Shown: piece after piece, positions 18,546-27,882 of the stretch
Position numbering within the stretch: the first letter of the stretch is position 1
Layout of the letters: each line of letters starts with the position of its first letter
Source of the DNA: Candidatus Thorarchaeota archaeon
GTDB taxonomy: Archaea > Asgardarchaeota > Heimdallarchaeia > Hodarchaeales > Hodarchaeaceae
Reading direction: 5' to 3'
Assembly: GCA_048882505.1 (NCBI GenBank)
Contig: JBHLRO010000029.1
Location: forward strand, 1-32,000
DNA length: 32,000 bases
The notes under the pieces: model-generated
Database searches by the model: none
What the model saw: the letters and a program-made list of their open reading frames with translations, nothing else
What the model was told of the DNA's origin: nothing
Translations under genes and position numbers: made by a program

Positions 18546-18675
18546 AAGGAATCATCTCCTACCCAAGAAAAGAGCTTGAAATAGGTAGAAAAAGAATCGT
18601 TTTTTGAAATTGTGATTTGATTACAACAAAATCCTGATTTAAAAGTCAGTATTCTTTGCAGGCTACCTCCTCTGA

Positions 18676-20160
18676 TTAATGCGACTCAAATAATACATCA
18701 GAAGTTAATGTGATTAGGTCCGCGGCTTCCATTTGAGAAATGGCACGCCCATCGGAATCTTGGGTCAAAAAAAGTTTCCAAAAACCAGAGGAAAGTTGGT
18801 CATAAACTTTTAGAGCTTCTTTACGTTGTCCTAATTCATTGAGAAGAACTCCCTTCAAAAACAAATATGGTTCCAACATCGGGCCACTGCGAGCGGCCGG
18901 TAAATCAGCCAACAGTTTTATGGATCTTTTTAAAGCGTCCCCTGCATCCTTGGGGATCCAAAATCTGAGTGAGTTCGCTATATCGTTGCTGATACGATCT
19001 ACAAATGAAAATTGTTTTACAGAAATCGCTCGTGGTCGAAAGAAAGCCTCGATAGAAACAGTCATTGAAGCACCACTGAAGAAAATTCGGATTTCTTTTG
19101 TGACTTTCAAGCTACGATCCACTAGTAGAATTTGAAGTGGAATTTCGTCCATTTGAGGAGGAATTGCGGTGACCTTCAACCTAATGGGGTATCTGCCCGC
19201 TACCTTTCTACTGACTTTAAAATCGAAATGAAAGTCAGGACGTGGAACCCCGCGCAAGTAACGATCGTAAAAGTTTTTTACCTGCCAGATATATTCCTCG
19301 GGCCATATTTTTTGTGCAGAACCAGAGGTCACACCATGAACCCACCACAGCTGGTTCGGACACTTCAAATACATGGCATTATAGTTTTTCCATATTTCAG
19401 TATTAGGAAAGGTCTGGTCTTCTCGTACAGCAATCATAAGTGTAGGGCAGGCATGAAGGTTATTAACAACAATCTCCCTTTTTTGCCAGGTGGTATCCCA
19501 AAGAACAGGCCAAAGTACAAAAGCTAGGATCAACTTGGTTAACCGAAATGGAATTCTCCTATTGAACTGAAGTTTTCCTGCAATATAATTCCAAACCCCT
19601 ACGGGGCCGTCCTCCAGAATTACGGCCTTAATCGGCTGATTTCTGATCACCTGGGAGGCAAGATAGGTACCAAAGCCGCTGCTATAGATTCCTATCTGAC
19701 GTTTATCTATTTCTGGTCGTGTAGTCAGATATTCAAATGCTACTTGTATTATGTTTTCACAGGTCTTCGGAGCGAGCGTTAATTCGTTAAATTTACGTTT
19801 TTCTTCATCCAGATGATGGTAGAGAGGCATTAAAACATTATATCCTAGAGATTGAATGATGGATCCAGTTTGAAGACTCTGTGTATAATCAGATCCGTAA
19901 AACCAGTTTGGAACCACTAAAATACTTGCCTTAGATTCACTACTTGGGAAAAAGATCGCATGTCGGGGTGGTGAGCCATTTGATGGGATCTCCACCAATT
20001 CTACTTGTATATTGCATTCATCTGGATGAACAAAAGGGAATTCTTGTCCCTGGGCAAATATCCAGAACAAAAGGTGAGGTATTATCTCCAAGTAACGAAG
20101 AATGATGATAGTGATTAATGACAAACCTGTAAATCCAACGATGATTTCCACCAGAGCCAT
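18676..20160 (-). CDS. Membrane-anchored alpha/beta-hydrolase-fold protein with C-terminal extension, probably inactive
   Basis: N-terminal TM; LGYNVLM, AFEYLTTRPEIDKRQIGIY, IKAVILED, PTLMI and QLWWV follow the fold order. Start taken as ATG 20160 (track gives 20169). Confidence 0.72.
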   Translation of the reverse strand: MALVEIIVGFTGLSLITIIILRYLEIIPHLLFWIFAQGQEFPFVHPDECNIQVELVEIPSNGSPPRHAIFFPSSESKASILVVPNWFYGSDYTQSLQTGSIIQSLGYNVLMPLYHHLDEEKRKFNELTLAPKTCENIIQVAFEYLTTRPEIDKRQIGIYSSGFGTYLASQVIRNQPIKAVILEDGPVGVWNYIAGKLQFNRRIPFRLTKLILAFVLWPVLWDTTWQKREIVVNNLHACPTLMIAVREDQTFPNTEIWKNYNAMYLKCPNQLWWVHGVTSGSAQKIWPEEYIWQVKNFYDRYLRGVPRPDFHFDFKVSRKVAGRYPIRLKVTAIPPQMDEIPLQILLVDRSLKVTKEIRIFFSGASMTVSIEAFFRPRAISVKQFSFVDRISNDIANSLRFWIPKDAGDALKRSIKLLADLPAARSGPMLEPYLFLKGVLLNELGQRKEALKVYDQLSSGFWKLFLTQDSDGRAISQMEAADLITLTSDVLFESH

Positions 20161-20217
20161 TATCCTCACGCACTTCGATAACCAAGAAACACCTTATCGC
20201 AAATTAAAACATTATGA

Positions 20218-20664
20218 TTATGTTCTTTTATTCTCTTCCTTTCTAATGAGCCTCAGTTCCTTCTCCAGCGCATTCATCGAGAGGCCGATATTTTTTACGA
20301 GTTCATAGTGCTGGTGAAGTTGTAGATTGATAGGTTCAATCAGGTTCCTGAATTTTTCTTGAAAACTTTTGATAAGTTGGATCTTATTCTTCTTCTGGTT
20401 GAATGGACTCTGTTTCTTCAATTGACGTTCTCTTTGAAGTGCTGCTCTGCGGGAATGATAGAATTCGAGATAAGCTAATTCAATTGGTTGTTTATTCGTT
20501 AAACGAGCACCTTTCGTGGCAATCAATCCACTATGGGAAGCAATTCTCTGGCCAAGTCGATGGGTATACCCCGTGTAGATTTTTCGATTAAAACCTTGAG
20601 CTTTTTCTCCGACAAGAAGCATATATACAAAATGTGAAACCAAAATGAACTCAACACCCTTCAT
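20218..20664 (-). CDS. GIY-YIG nuclease (UPF0213/YhbQ/Slx1-like)
   Basis: FVYML...IYTGYT...RIASH...KGARLT...PIEL.YLE...SRRAALQRERQLKK. ATG 20664 is preferred because 20724 would overlap the divergent promoter. Confidence 0.85.
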   Translation of the reverse strand: MKGVEFILVSHFVYMLLVGEKAQGFNRKIYTGYTHRLGQRIASHSGLIATKGARLTNKQPIELAYLEFYHSRRAALQRERQLKKQSPFNQKKNKIQLIKSFQEKFRNLIEPINLQLHQHYELVKNIGLSMNALEKELRLIRKEENKRT

Positions 20665-20707
20665 TCCGGAACTTTGAGTAAGCAAATGAAACTCAGATTG
20701 CATGTTA

Positions 20708-20715
20708 TTTATATT
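20708..20715. promoter_or_regulatory. Probable shared TATA element of the divergent GIY-YIG and GT-C genes
   Basis: TTTATATT on plus (AATATAAA on minus) lies midway between starts 20664 (-) and 20753 (+). Confidence 0.45.
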
Positions 20716-20752
20716 TCCCTGCAAAAAAACGCCAGCTAGAGAGGTTCAAAGG

Positions 20753-23700
20753 ATGCCCAGTCTAGATCCTCCTCATCAAGAATCCAAACCCCCTAGTATT
20801 GTTAAATCCTTTGTTGATCGTGTGTGGAGATGGATTCTTGTCATCAGGTTTCCTTTATTGATCGCTCTGCTCGCTATTCTTGTGAAGGTTGCTTTTAGCG
20901 GGAGTATTGCCATGTGGGATGAAGGATGGTTTGTGGCAATCGCCAGCCGTATGGCGGACGGTTTATCTGACCCTATGCTTCCACTGTACTATCCTTCTGA
21001 AGATGGAGGTATCAACTTCTTCGATAAACCCCCTGTGGCCTTTTGGGGGGGTGCCATATTGATGTGGATCTTTGGCCGAACAACTTTTGCAGCCAAGGGG
21101 ATTATAGCCCTAGGAGGAGCGGGGCTGGCTGTCACTACCTATCTTTTGTTCAGCCATCAATCAGAAAATAAAAGCGCGGGCGTCATTGCAGGGCTTTTGG
21201 TGGCCCTTGCTCATTTCTTGTCTTTTTATTCTAGAACTGCTTATATAGATCCCTTCGTGGTTTTTATGGGAGCTTTGGTCATGGTTCTGGCCATTCGGAC
21301 TATCGATGCTGTTTTTGTAGAGAAGAACATGAAAAAAGGCTATATCTTGATTATAATAACCGGAATCGTGAATATATTCAATATCATGACAAAGGCCTGG
21401 CAGGGAATTCTTATTGGTCCAGCGATTGTGATTTATTTAGTTGTTCGCTATATTGAACGTGATGTACAGCTTGAGGAATTATCTGGAATTATTAATGAAA
21501 CACGAAGTAAAATGAAGCGAGACGGAGGGGAGCTTCAGGATACTACAGGTGATTCTACATCCCACATATCCTCTCAAAAGGGAGCATCCGATTCTGAAAG
21601 CAATATAGATTCCGATAAAAATTCGAGGTTAGACTCTAAAGACGATAGAGAAGCTGATCCCTATTATCAAAGAAAATCAATCTGGTTGTACGCTCTTCTG
21701 GGTGGCATTACTTCTTTTCTTGTAGCGGGCTTTCTTTCAAACCTATTGGTAGCCAGTACATTCCTAGCTTTGATATCAGGGATAGCTTGCTATTTCATGG
21801 TTGTCCGATTTGAATCGGATGAGCGGCCTGGGGTGAGGTGGAAGCTAGCGATAGCCAGCAGTATGGGAGGAGGAGTTGGAGGGATTATTGGCGGCATTAT
21901 AGTAAAAATCTTTTTCGACAGAATGATTGATCCGATTCTATCTATCGCGCAAGAACTAGGAACAAAAGAAGTTTCTTGGGGGCCATTTGGAGGTATCATC
22001 TCATTCTTGTCAGACTCTCTTACATCTTTGGAAGGGTGGGCCGTCATTCTTTTAGAAGTTCTTTCAGCACTGATTGGAGCTTTCTTTGTTTTTGCGGTTA
22101 CATTTCTTTTTAGTGGATTTATTCTGGATCTTCTTCGTCGAAAAGGAAGATTTCTGATCGTTTTTTATGATTTATTAGATTTAATTCCTTTGGGGATCAT
22201 TGGAGCGTGGTTTGGAGTATGGTTTTTTTTCCTCCTCCTCGAAGGTGAGATTTTCGATCGAAATGCCCTTGCTATCACGATTGTTGGTACTGCGGTTTCC
22301 CTGCTCTTAATTCCTTTGATAATCGCATTTACGGTTCTAAAGGATCGCGCAATTACATATTTTAATATTAAACGATCGTCCCGCTCCCCTCATGAACAGG
22401 GTGAGTTTATTAAACGCCTGGTATTCCTTACAATTACAATCATCGTCATAATGATCAGTTTTTATCCCTTTGTTGCCTGGATACAATTCCTAGACACGAA
22501 CATTGCGAATGGAACCTTTCCGTGGCCGATTCGCACGCCAGGAGAACTTGCCGGAGATCCGTTAAAACCAGAAAAGGTGACATATGATTTTCTATTCTTT
22601 ACTTATTATATCGGGTGGCGTTACACTCATGGAACGAAATACACTTTGGCAGATAGCATTGGTGGAGCTGTGAACGATTATACTATCATTATTATGTTAC
22701 CGTTTTTTATTGTAGGTATTTGGGCGTTTTTCTTGTCTGAAAAACGTAATCCTGCATTAGGAGCCTCTCTAATAACATGGTTACTCACCATACCCCTTGT
22801 TTTCTTTCCCGCTCAATCCCAACTCAATTATTACTATATACCACTTGTAATTCCGTACTTTGCAATTGGCGCGAAGGGGATAGAGTTTATCTACTCTTCT
22901 GAACGCTGGCGGATCACGGTAACCGATAATGTGGAGAAACTCCTTGCTGCAACCTATTTTTATATAGAAATTGGTTTTACTCTTCTTCTGCCTACATTAG
23001 CGACGTTTTTAGATTATATTCTCGGATTTTTGACAGGAATGACCTCTATTTACGTACTAATTGAATCTATAGATATTATAGGCCCCACCCTTCTCCTAGC
23101 GGGGATTTTTTTAATCCCTTTCACTTTTCTGGTATTTCGAGTTTTAAAAACGTTTCCAGGGATAATAGCAATTGGGTTTGCTTACCGCTTATTTGTGCTT
23201 TCTTGGATGAAAGAGGAGAATATCAAGATTCTTTACGATGTGATTTTTCATGATCTTCTCATTACCCTAGTTCAATTGGATTTTGTATGGATTCAGGAAG
23301 TTTTGGAATTTGGGGCACCATTGGTTACCCTGTTTGGAATTATTTTATTGATTTTTGGATTATCTTGGTTGAAACCTAACACAAAACCACAAGCTTTCAT
23401 TTTTCTTGGGCTTGTACTTTCGGCCATGCTCGTTAATATATCGGTAACAGCCCATTACGACCAAATATTGGATCTTAGGTTTGAGGAAATGGCGGGGTAT
23501 ATCAAGAATCATGGTGGTCAATACAACCATTCAACCTGGGTGATTCCTGAAGGTGGAGCCCAGTTTTCTATGCGATACTATTTGGCAGTAGAAGTGGTGG
23601 ATACTAAAAAAACTCTATTCAGTAGTAATTCCGCAACTCGCATGGCGAATTATTACAATGACCATACCTATATAAAATTCTGGGTTATTACTAACCAATC

Positions 23701-23884
23701 ACACTGGGACTTGCCTATTTATTCTGAGGAATATCCGAATGCCTATCGTTGGCTAACCACGAACCCTCATTTCGCAAATGTCGATGCAATTGTGGGCCTA
23801 CCCACCTGGTATAAGATGCACCTATTTGTAAATCGAACTTGGATAACCGAGCAGGGGTATGAGTGGACAACTTTCCAAGGATGA
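20753..23884 (+). CDS. Large ArnT/PMT-like GT-C glycosyltransferase (about 1043 aa)
   Basis: WDEGWF...FFDKPP.AFW...FGRTTFAAK, SR-x4-DP, TKAWQG, YYYIPL. ATG 20753 has a GAGGT SD (track gives 20702). Confidence 0.85.
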   Translation: MPSLDPPHQESKPPSIVKSFVDRVWRWILVIRFPLLIALLAILVKVAFSGSIAMWDEGWFVAIASRMADGLSDPMLPLYYPSEDGGINFFDKPPVAFWGGAILMWIFGRTTFAAKGIIALGGAGLAVTTYLLFSHQSENKSAGVIAGLLVALAHFLSFYSRTAYIDPFVVFMGALVMVLAIRTIDAVFVEKNMKKGYILIIITGIVNIFNIMTKAWQGILIGPAIVIYLVVRYIERDVQLEELSGIINETRSKMKRDGGELQDTTGDSTSHISSQKGASDSESNIDSDKNSRLDSKDDREADPYYQRKSIWLYALLGGITSFLVAGFLSNLLVASTFLALISGIACYFMVVRFESDERPGVRWKLAIASSMGGGVGGIIGGIIVKIFFDRMIDPILSIAQELGTKEVSWGPFGGIISFLSDSLTSLEGWAVILLEVLSALIGAFFVFAVTFLFSGFILDLLRRKGRFLIVFYDLLDLIPLGIIGAWFGVWFFFLLLEGEIFDRNALAITIVGTAVSLLLIPLIIAFTVLKDRAITYFNIKRSSRSPHEQGEFIKRLVFLTITIIVIMISFYPFVAWIQFLDTNIANGTFPWPIRTPGELAGDPLKPEKVTYDFLFFTYYIGWRYTHGTKYTLADSIGGAVNDYTIIIMLPFFIVGIWAFFLSEKRNPALGASLITWLLTIPLVFFPAQSQLNYYYIPLVIPYFAIGAKGIEFIYSSERWRITVTDNVEKLLAATYFYIEIGFTLLLPTLATFLDYILGFLTGMTSIYVLIESIDIIGPTLLLAGIFLIPFTFLVFRVLKTFPGIIAIGFAYRLFVLSWMKEENIKILYDVIFHDLLITLVQLDFVWIQEVLEFGAPLVTLFGIILLIFGLSWLKPNTKPQAFIFLGLVLSAMLVNISVTAHYDQILDLRFEEMAGYIKNHGGQYNHSTWVIPEGGAQFSMRYYLAVEVVDTKKTLFSSNSATRMANYYNDHTYIKFWVITNQSHWDLPIYSEEYPNAYRWLTTNPHFANVDAIVGLPTWYKMHLFVNRTWITEQGYEWTTFQG

Positions 23885-23958
23885 ATTTTACCCATTCTAC
23901 AAAGGCGAATAAGGCTAATCGCGTTCTTTTGTTTGATCTAGATGATCCAAGGGTTTTG

Positions 23959-24402
23959 TCAAAGAATATCCGCAAGAATTTCTCCTGCATCCCGCACAAA
24001 TCTCGAACAATTTGAGAAAGCTTTATTCTCTCGCGCAGTTTGAAGCTTTTCTTCAGTCGAAATATCATAACCAATAAGATCCTTACATAATAGAGTCCCG
24101 TTTCGGTGTTTGAACCTATTCATGAATCGCTCCCCCAGTCCATTTACGGTGGGCGCATCCCGTTTCGAGGATTCCGTCTTTCCTGCCTTCCCATATTTTA
24201 GGCTGATTGCCATTAACCCGCCAGTTATTGCCCCACACACGTTTCCCGAGCGAGCCACACCTCCTGAAAAGATTTCAGCAAGATTAAGACAGGTGTCCTC
24301 ATCTAAATCCATCCCTTGCGCAAATGTTGAAAACAGAGCTTGTGCACAATTATCCTTTTCTTCAAATCTTCTTACTGCCGCTTCGATAAAGTCATCTGCC
24401 AT
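23959..24402 (-). CDS. C_GCAxxG_C_C family putative redox-active protein
   Basis: NCAQA, FSGG-x5-VCGAITGG, LLCKDL, NCSRFV give four conserved Cys. ATG 24402 has a GAGGA SD. Confidence 0.9.
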   Translation of the reverse strand: MADDFIEAAVRRFEEKDNCAQALFSTFAQGMDLDEDTCLNLAEIFSGGVARSGNVCGAITGGLMAISLKYGKAGKTESSKRDAPTVNGLGERFMNRFKHRNGTLLCKDLIGYDISTEEKLQTARENKAFSNCSRFVRDAGEILADIL

Positions 24403-24582
24403 AATCAATTTCCTCATCGTGAATTTTTCGATCATTCGAAGGTTTATCGGATATAAGGTTGCTATATCTATGCGTGCGAGAAGAATAGCCTTGTATTTAA
24501 AATCCTATTAGTTTTTATGGGATGTGTCCCAACAAACCGTCTCTCGCTATACGGGGGATTTTATAGTGAATTGTGAGTCACT

Positions 24583-25488
24583 TTGGATTTGACGAAGCAA
24601 GATCTTAAGGATTTGGCCCTAGCAGGAAGGATTTCTTGTCTTACACTGGATGCTGTAGCAAATTACGTTCGCCCGGGGACATCAATCGGTACCCTTCACG
24701 ATACCTTGGTTAAGCTTATCACGAAAACCCCGGGAGCTAGGCTGGCATTTCCTCCAAATATTTCTGTAAATGAGTGTGCAGCCCACGATACTGCGGCTCC
24801 TAAGGAATCACGGGTAATACCAAAGCGCGGTTTGGTTAAAATCGATATCGGTACAAATGTGAATGGGATGCTCTCCGATACCGCCCGAACATTTTCTATG
24901 GACGGAAAATACGGACATCTCACGGCAGCACCGAAAATTGCCCTAAAAAAAGCGATAGAGATAATCAAACCTGGTGTACGAGTGTCAGAGATTGGGGAGG
25001 TAGTTCAAGAAACGATTGAAGGTTTTGGGTTCAAACCGATCGCGAATCTTACTGGGCACCAGATGAAGAAAGGACTTCTTCACGCAGGTTTATCTATTCC
25101 AAGTGTTAAATCCTTTCCTTTGGCCAAACGCTCCAAATTAAAAGTTGGAACGATAGTAGCGATAGAGCCATTTGCCACTACAGGCGAGGCTGGACTGGTA
25201 GAAGATGCGCAGAGTCCCGCATTAATCTACTCGGTAGGAAATGGTAACCCAAAGACGCCGATTGGTCGTCGTTTGACTGGGCAATTTCAAAAGCTGCCCT
25301 TTTCATTACGGTCTGCTTACTTTTCCTTCCAGCAAGAAAAAATCGAATTAGAGGAAATTACACATAGTCTTAGTAAGGATAAATTCCATGGATATAAACC
25401 GTTGGTGGAAAGAACGGGAGGATTAGTGAGCCAAGCAGAACACACCATCCTTGTTATGCAAGAGGGAGCAAAAGTAATTACTCGATGA
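24583..25488 (+). CDS. map: Methionine aminopeptidase, type II
   Basis: Metal ligands in KIDIG, SDTART, TGHQ, IEPF and AEHT; a helical insert lies between IEPF and SQAEHT. Confidence 0.92.
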   Translation: MDLTKQDLKDLALAGRISCLTLDAVANYVRPGTSIGTLHDTLVKLITKTPGARLAFPPNISVNECAAHDTAAPKESRVIPKRGLVKIDIGTNVNGMLSDTARTFSMDGKYGHLTAAPKIALKKAIEIIKPGVRVSEIGEVVQETIEGFGFKPIANLTGHQMKKGLLHAGLSIPSVKSFPLAKRSKLKVGTIVAIEPFATTGEAGLVEDAQSPALIYSVGNGNPKTPIGRRLTGQFQKLPFSLRSAYFSFQQEKIELEEITHSLSKDKFHGYKPLVERTGGLVSQAEHTILVMQEGAKVITR

Positions 25489-25632
25489 ATGTTCTACTTT
25501 CAGATACGTTAATAATTTCTAGTATTCTGTGGATTGAGAGAAAATTCTTGATTCTTCGAGTAAGAATGTTTAGGTCCCTGGAAATTCTTGCTTTTAATTC
25601 AAGACCACATATTCCTAAAGCAGGAATTGGGA

Positions 25633-26439
25633 TCAAATGATCTTGTGGTTTTTTAAAAATTCAAAAACGAACTTATTGAAGAATTCTGGTTGTTTTGGTG
25701 TATCATGATCTCCATCGAGGTTAATCCTCTGAACGTGAGAAAGATGTTTTTCTAGGACTTCGAACGCAATTGAGGGGTTTACTGTGTCCTGATTTCCTGT
25801 TATCATTAGAATAGGGACCTTAATCTCTAAAAGCTGATTTAGATAAATTTTTGATCCCCCTCGATTCCGTTTGATCTGGATTTCAGTGTACGAAAATAAT
25901 TTTTGGATTCTTTTGACAATCTTCCATAGCCACGAAGCGCTTCTCTTCTTTTGATCACCAGAGCGCTTTTCCTTACTCAAAAAATTCCAAGCTCTGGTAG
26001 TTTTGCTCATGAAGGGTCTTGGACTAATCAGAACAATGGCTTTGACGTCCTCAGGATGCCCTAATGTATACATTAACGCTAATGTTCCCCCAATACTGTA
26101 TCCCACCAGGATCTGCCCTTGAAGTCCCAATTCATCCTTGATAAGAGCACGAATATCAAGAAGATGGTCTTCGGTCTTGTGTTTCTCCACCTTTTTCCCT
26201 AGGGAGGATTTCGCAAATCCCCTGAGATCTGGTGCAACCAATTGAAACTGGCTATTCAAATCAATATCGTTGAGTTGGGCTCCCCAATGCGACACCGAAC
26301 TTCCTAGATAACCATGAATAAATACCATGGGAGGTTTATTATTTTCGCCTGTGATTTGGTAAAATAGCTTGTATCCTTCGCGAAAATAATATGGCATTCG
26401 TGTTCGGGCCCCTAGCAATTCTGGCTTTCTACTTGTCAA
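25633..26439 (-). CDS. Alpha/beta hydrolase
   Basis: FIHGYLG, APDLRGFA, GYSIGG (Ser), GNQD (Asp), GDH (His); triad intact. Start may be ATG 26397-26398 region (MPYY). Confidence 0.9.
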   Translation of the reverse strand: MTSRKPELLGARTRMPYYFREGYKLFYQITGENNKPPMVFIHGYLGSSVSHWGAQLNDIDLNSQFQLVAPDLRGFAKSSLGKKVEKHKTEDHLLDIRALIKDELGLQGQILVGYSIGGTLALMYTLGHPEDVKAIVLISPRPFMSKTTRAWNFLSKEKRSGDQKKRSASWLWKIVKRIQKLFSYTEIQIKRNRGGSKIYLNQLLEIKVPILMITGNQDTVNPSIAFEVLEKHLSHVQRINLDGDHDTPKQPEFFNKFVFEFLKNHKII

Positions 26440-26517
26440 AAATAATTATCAGAATGGAACTTTCAACTATAATAAAACCAAAAGGAGTGAGATTTTTATA
26501 ACCTTATATCAACATAA

Positions 26518-26538
26518 TAAATGTGATAATCACGTTTA
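26518..26538. promoter_or_regulatory. Operator-like palindrome upstream of the cation antiporter
   Basis: TAAATGTGAT-A-ATCACGTTTA (9 of 10 pairs), about 18 nt downstream of TATA TTTTTATA at 26493-26500. Confidence 0.5.
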
Positions 26539-26623
26539 GGATTCACGCTGGGAAATCTTATAGATTCATGGTTTTGTCCCTTTAAAGGATAATCAATCCA
26601 TAGTTAGTGGATAAGGGATTTTT

Positions 26624-27835
26624 TTGAGCCAATTGAGTTTTACAAATAGAGACATTGGACTTTTCAGTATCTTTACTGTTTTAATATTGACATTTGCTCT
26701 ATTTAAGGATGCTTTTCGTCACAATCCCTTAATTTTAACCTTTTTTATGGGCATTGGTTTAGTCTACGCAATTTTGGCGAGCGAGAAAGCTGTAGGTGGA
26801 ATGGATGCCGTTGGCAAGAGGGCCAAGCTTACTCCTTACGTTTCGGGAATGCTATCTAGTTTAGCCAGCAATACCCCTGAGCTGGTAATCGGGTTCTTTG
26901 CAATTCTCTCAGGCCAAGTTGAGTTCGCAATTGCATTTATAATCATTGCAACCGGTTTTAACATCCTTATGCTGGGAATTCTTATCATTATTGGAAATTT
27001 CCGTCGAAAAAAGAGTATTTCCATCCCTCCCGAGGTTGTTGAGGTTGAAATCCCCATTGTTCGGGTGGCTATTGTCTTTGTGGGAGCTATCTGGACACTA
27101 GGTATTGTCCTTTTTGCCTTGGAGGCAATCGAAATTGCGACCGAAGCTGAAGCTGTTATACCGTTCCTTCCATACGAAGCAAGCGCTTTGATGGTAATTG
27201 TCTATCTCTTCTATCTTTTTTTTATCCTACGTCATAATCTCCAGCACCGTGTTCAATCATCCCCCAGTGCCTCCTCCGCTTCTAATCAAGCTGAAACTAA
27301 CAGAGGCTTTCTACTGTTCATTCTTGTTCTTGCGTTTACGGCCATTTTTTTTGCAGGAGAAATGATTTCCTCTTCCGTTGAGCTATTCTTAGAGAGTACT
27401 CAACAGATAGGGATTTCTATAAACGAATTTCAATTGGCCTTCGTTATCGGAGCCGCCGCATCCATTCCAGAACACGCTATTGCTCTACTTGCCGTCAGAC
27501 ACGAAGGGGGGATAGAGCTCGGTTTGGGTAATCTCATAGCAGGATCCATGCAGAATCTACTCTTAATGACGGGTCTTGTCTCCTTGTTTTCTTTTCTGGG
27601 GGCGATTCTAGGCATTCCTGGTAATGATCTTCGTGGGATACCTCTAATACACTTTGTTGAAGGTGAAGTCCCTATTCCGTTTCTCCTCGTTCAGTATGGT
27701 TTCGCATGGCTGCTCCTATTTCTGATCAAATCTTCTATGACGGACGATCAGAAGCTGGATTTCTACGAGGGGTTTACAATTACCATAGCTCAATTATTTG
27801 TCTTTATTATATTCTTACGTGGGATCCTTGTTTAG
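26624..27835 (+). CDS. CaCA-family Ca2+/cation antiporter
   Basis: Alpha-1 repeat SLASNTPEL...G.FNIL and alpha-2 repeat AAASIPEH...GN.IAGSMQN; about 11 TMs. Confidence 0.88.
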   Translation: MSQLSFTNRDIGLFSIFTVLILTFALFKDAFRHNPLILTFFMGIGLVYAILASEKAVGGMDAVGKRAKLTPYVSGMLSSLASNTPELVIGFFAILSGQVEFAIAFIIIATGFNILMLGILIIIGNFRRKKSISIPPEVVEVEIPIVRVAIVFVGAIWTLGIVLFALEAIEIATEAEAVIPFLPYEASALMVIVYLFYLFFILRHNLQHRVQSSPSASSASNQAETNRGFLLFILVLAFTAIFFAGEMISSSVELFLESTQQIGISINEFQLAFVIGAAASIPEHAIALLAVRHEGGIELGLGNLIAGSMQNLLLMTGLVSLFSFLGAILGIPGNDLRGIPLIHFVEGEVPIPFLLVQYGFAWLLLFLIKSSMTDDQKLDFYEGFTITIAQLFVFIIFLRGILV

Positions 27836-27882
27836 TAGAAGTCTCCCCATGTTGTATTAGTGGATAAACAGGTGAGACGACA

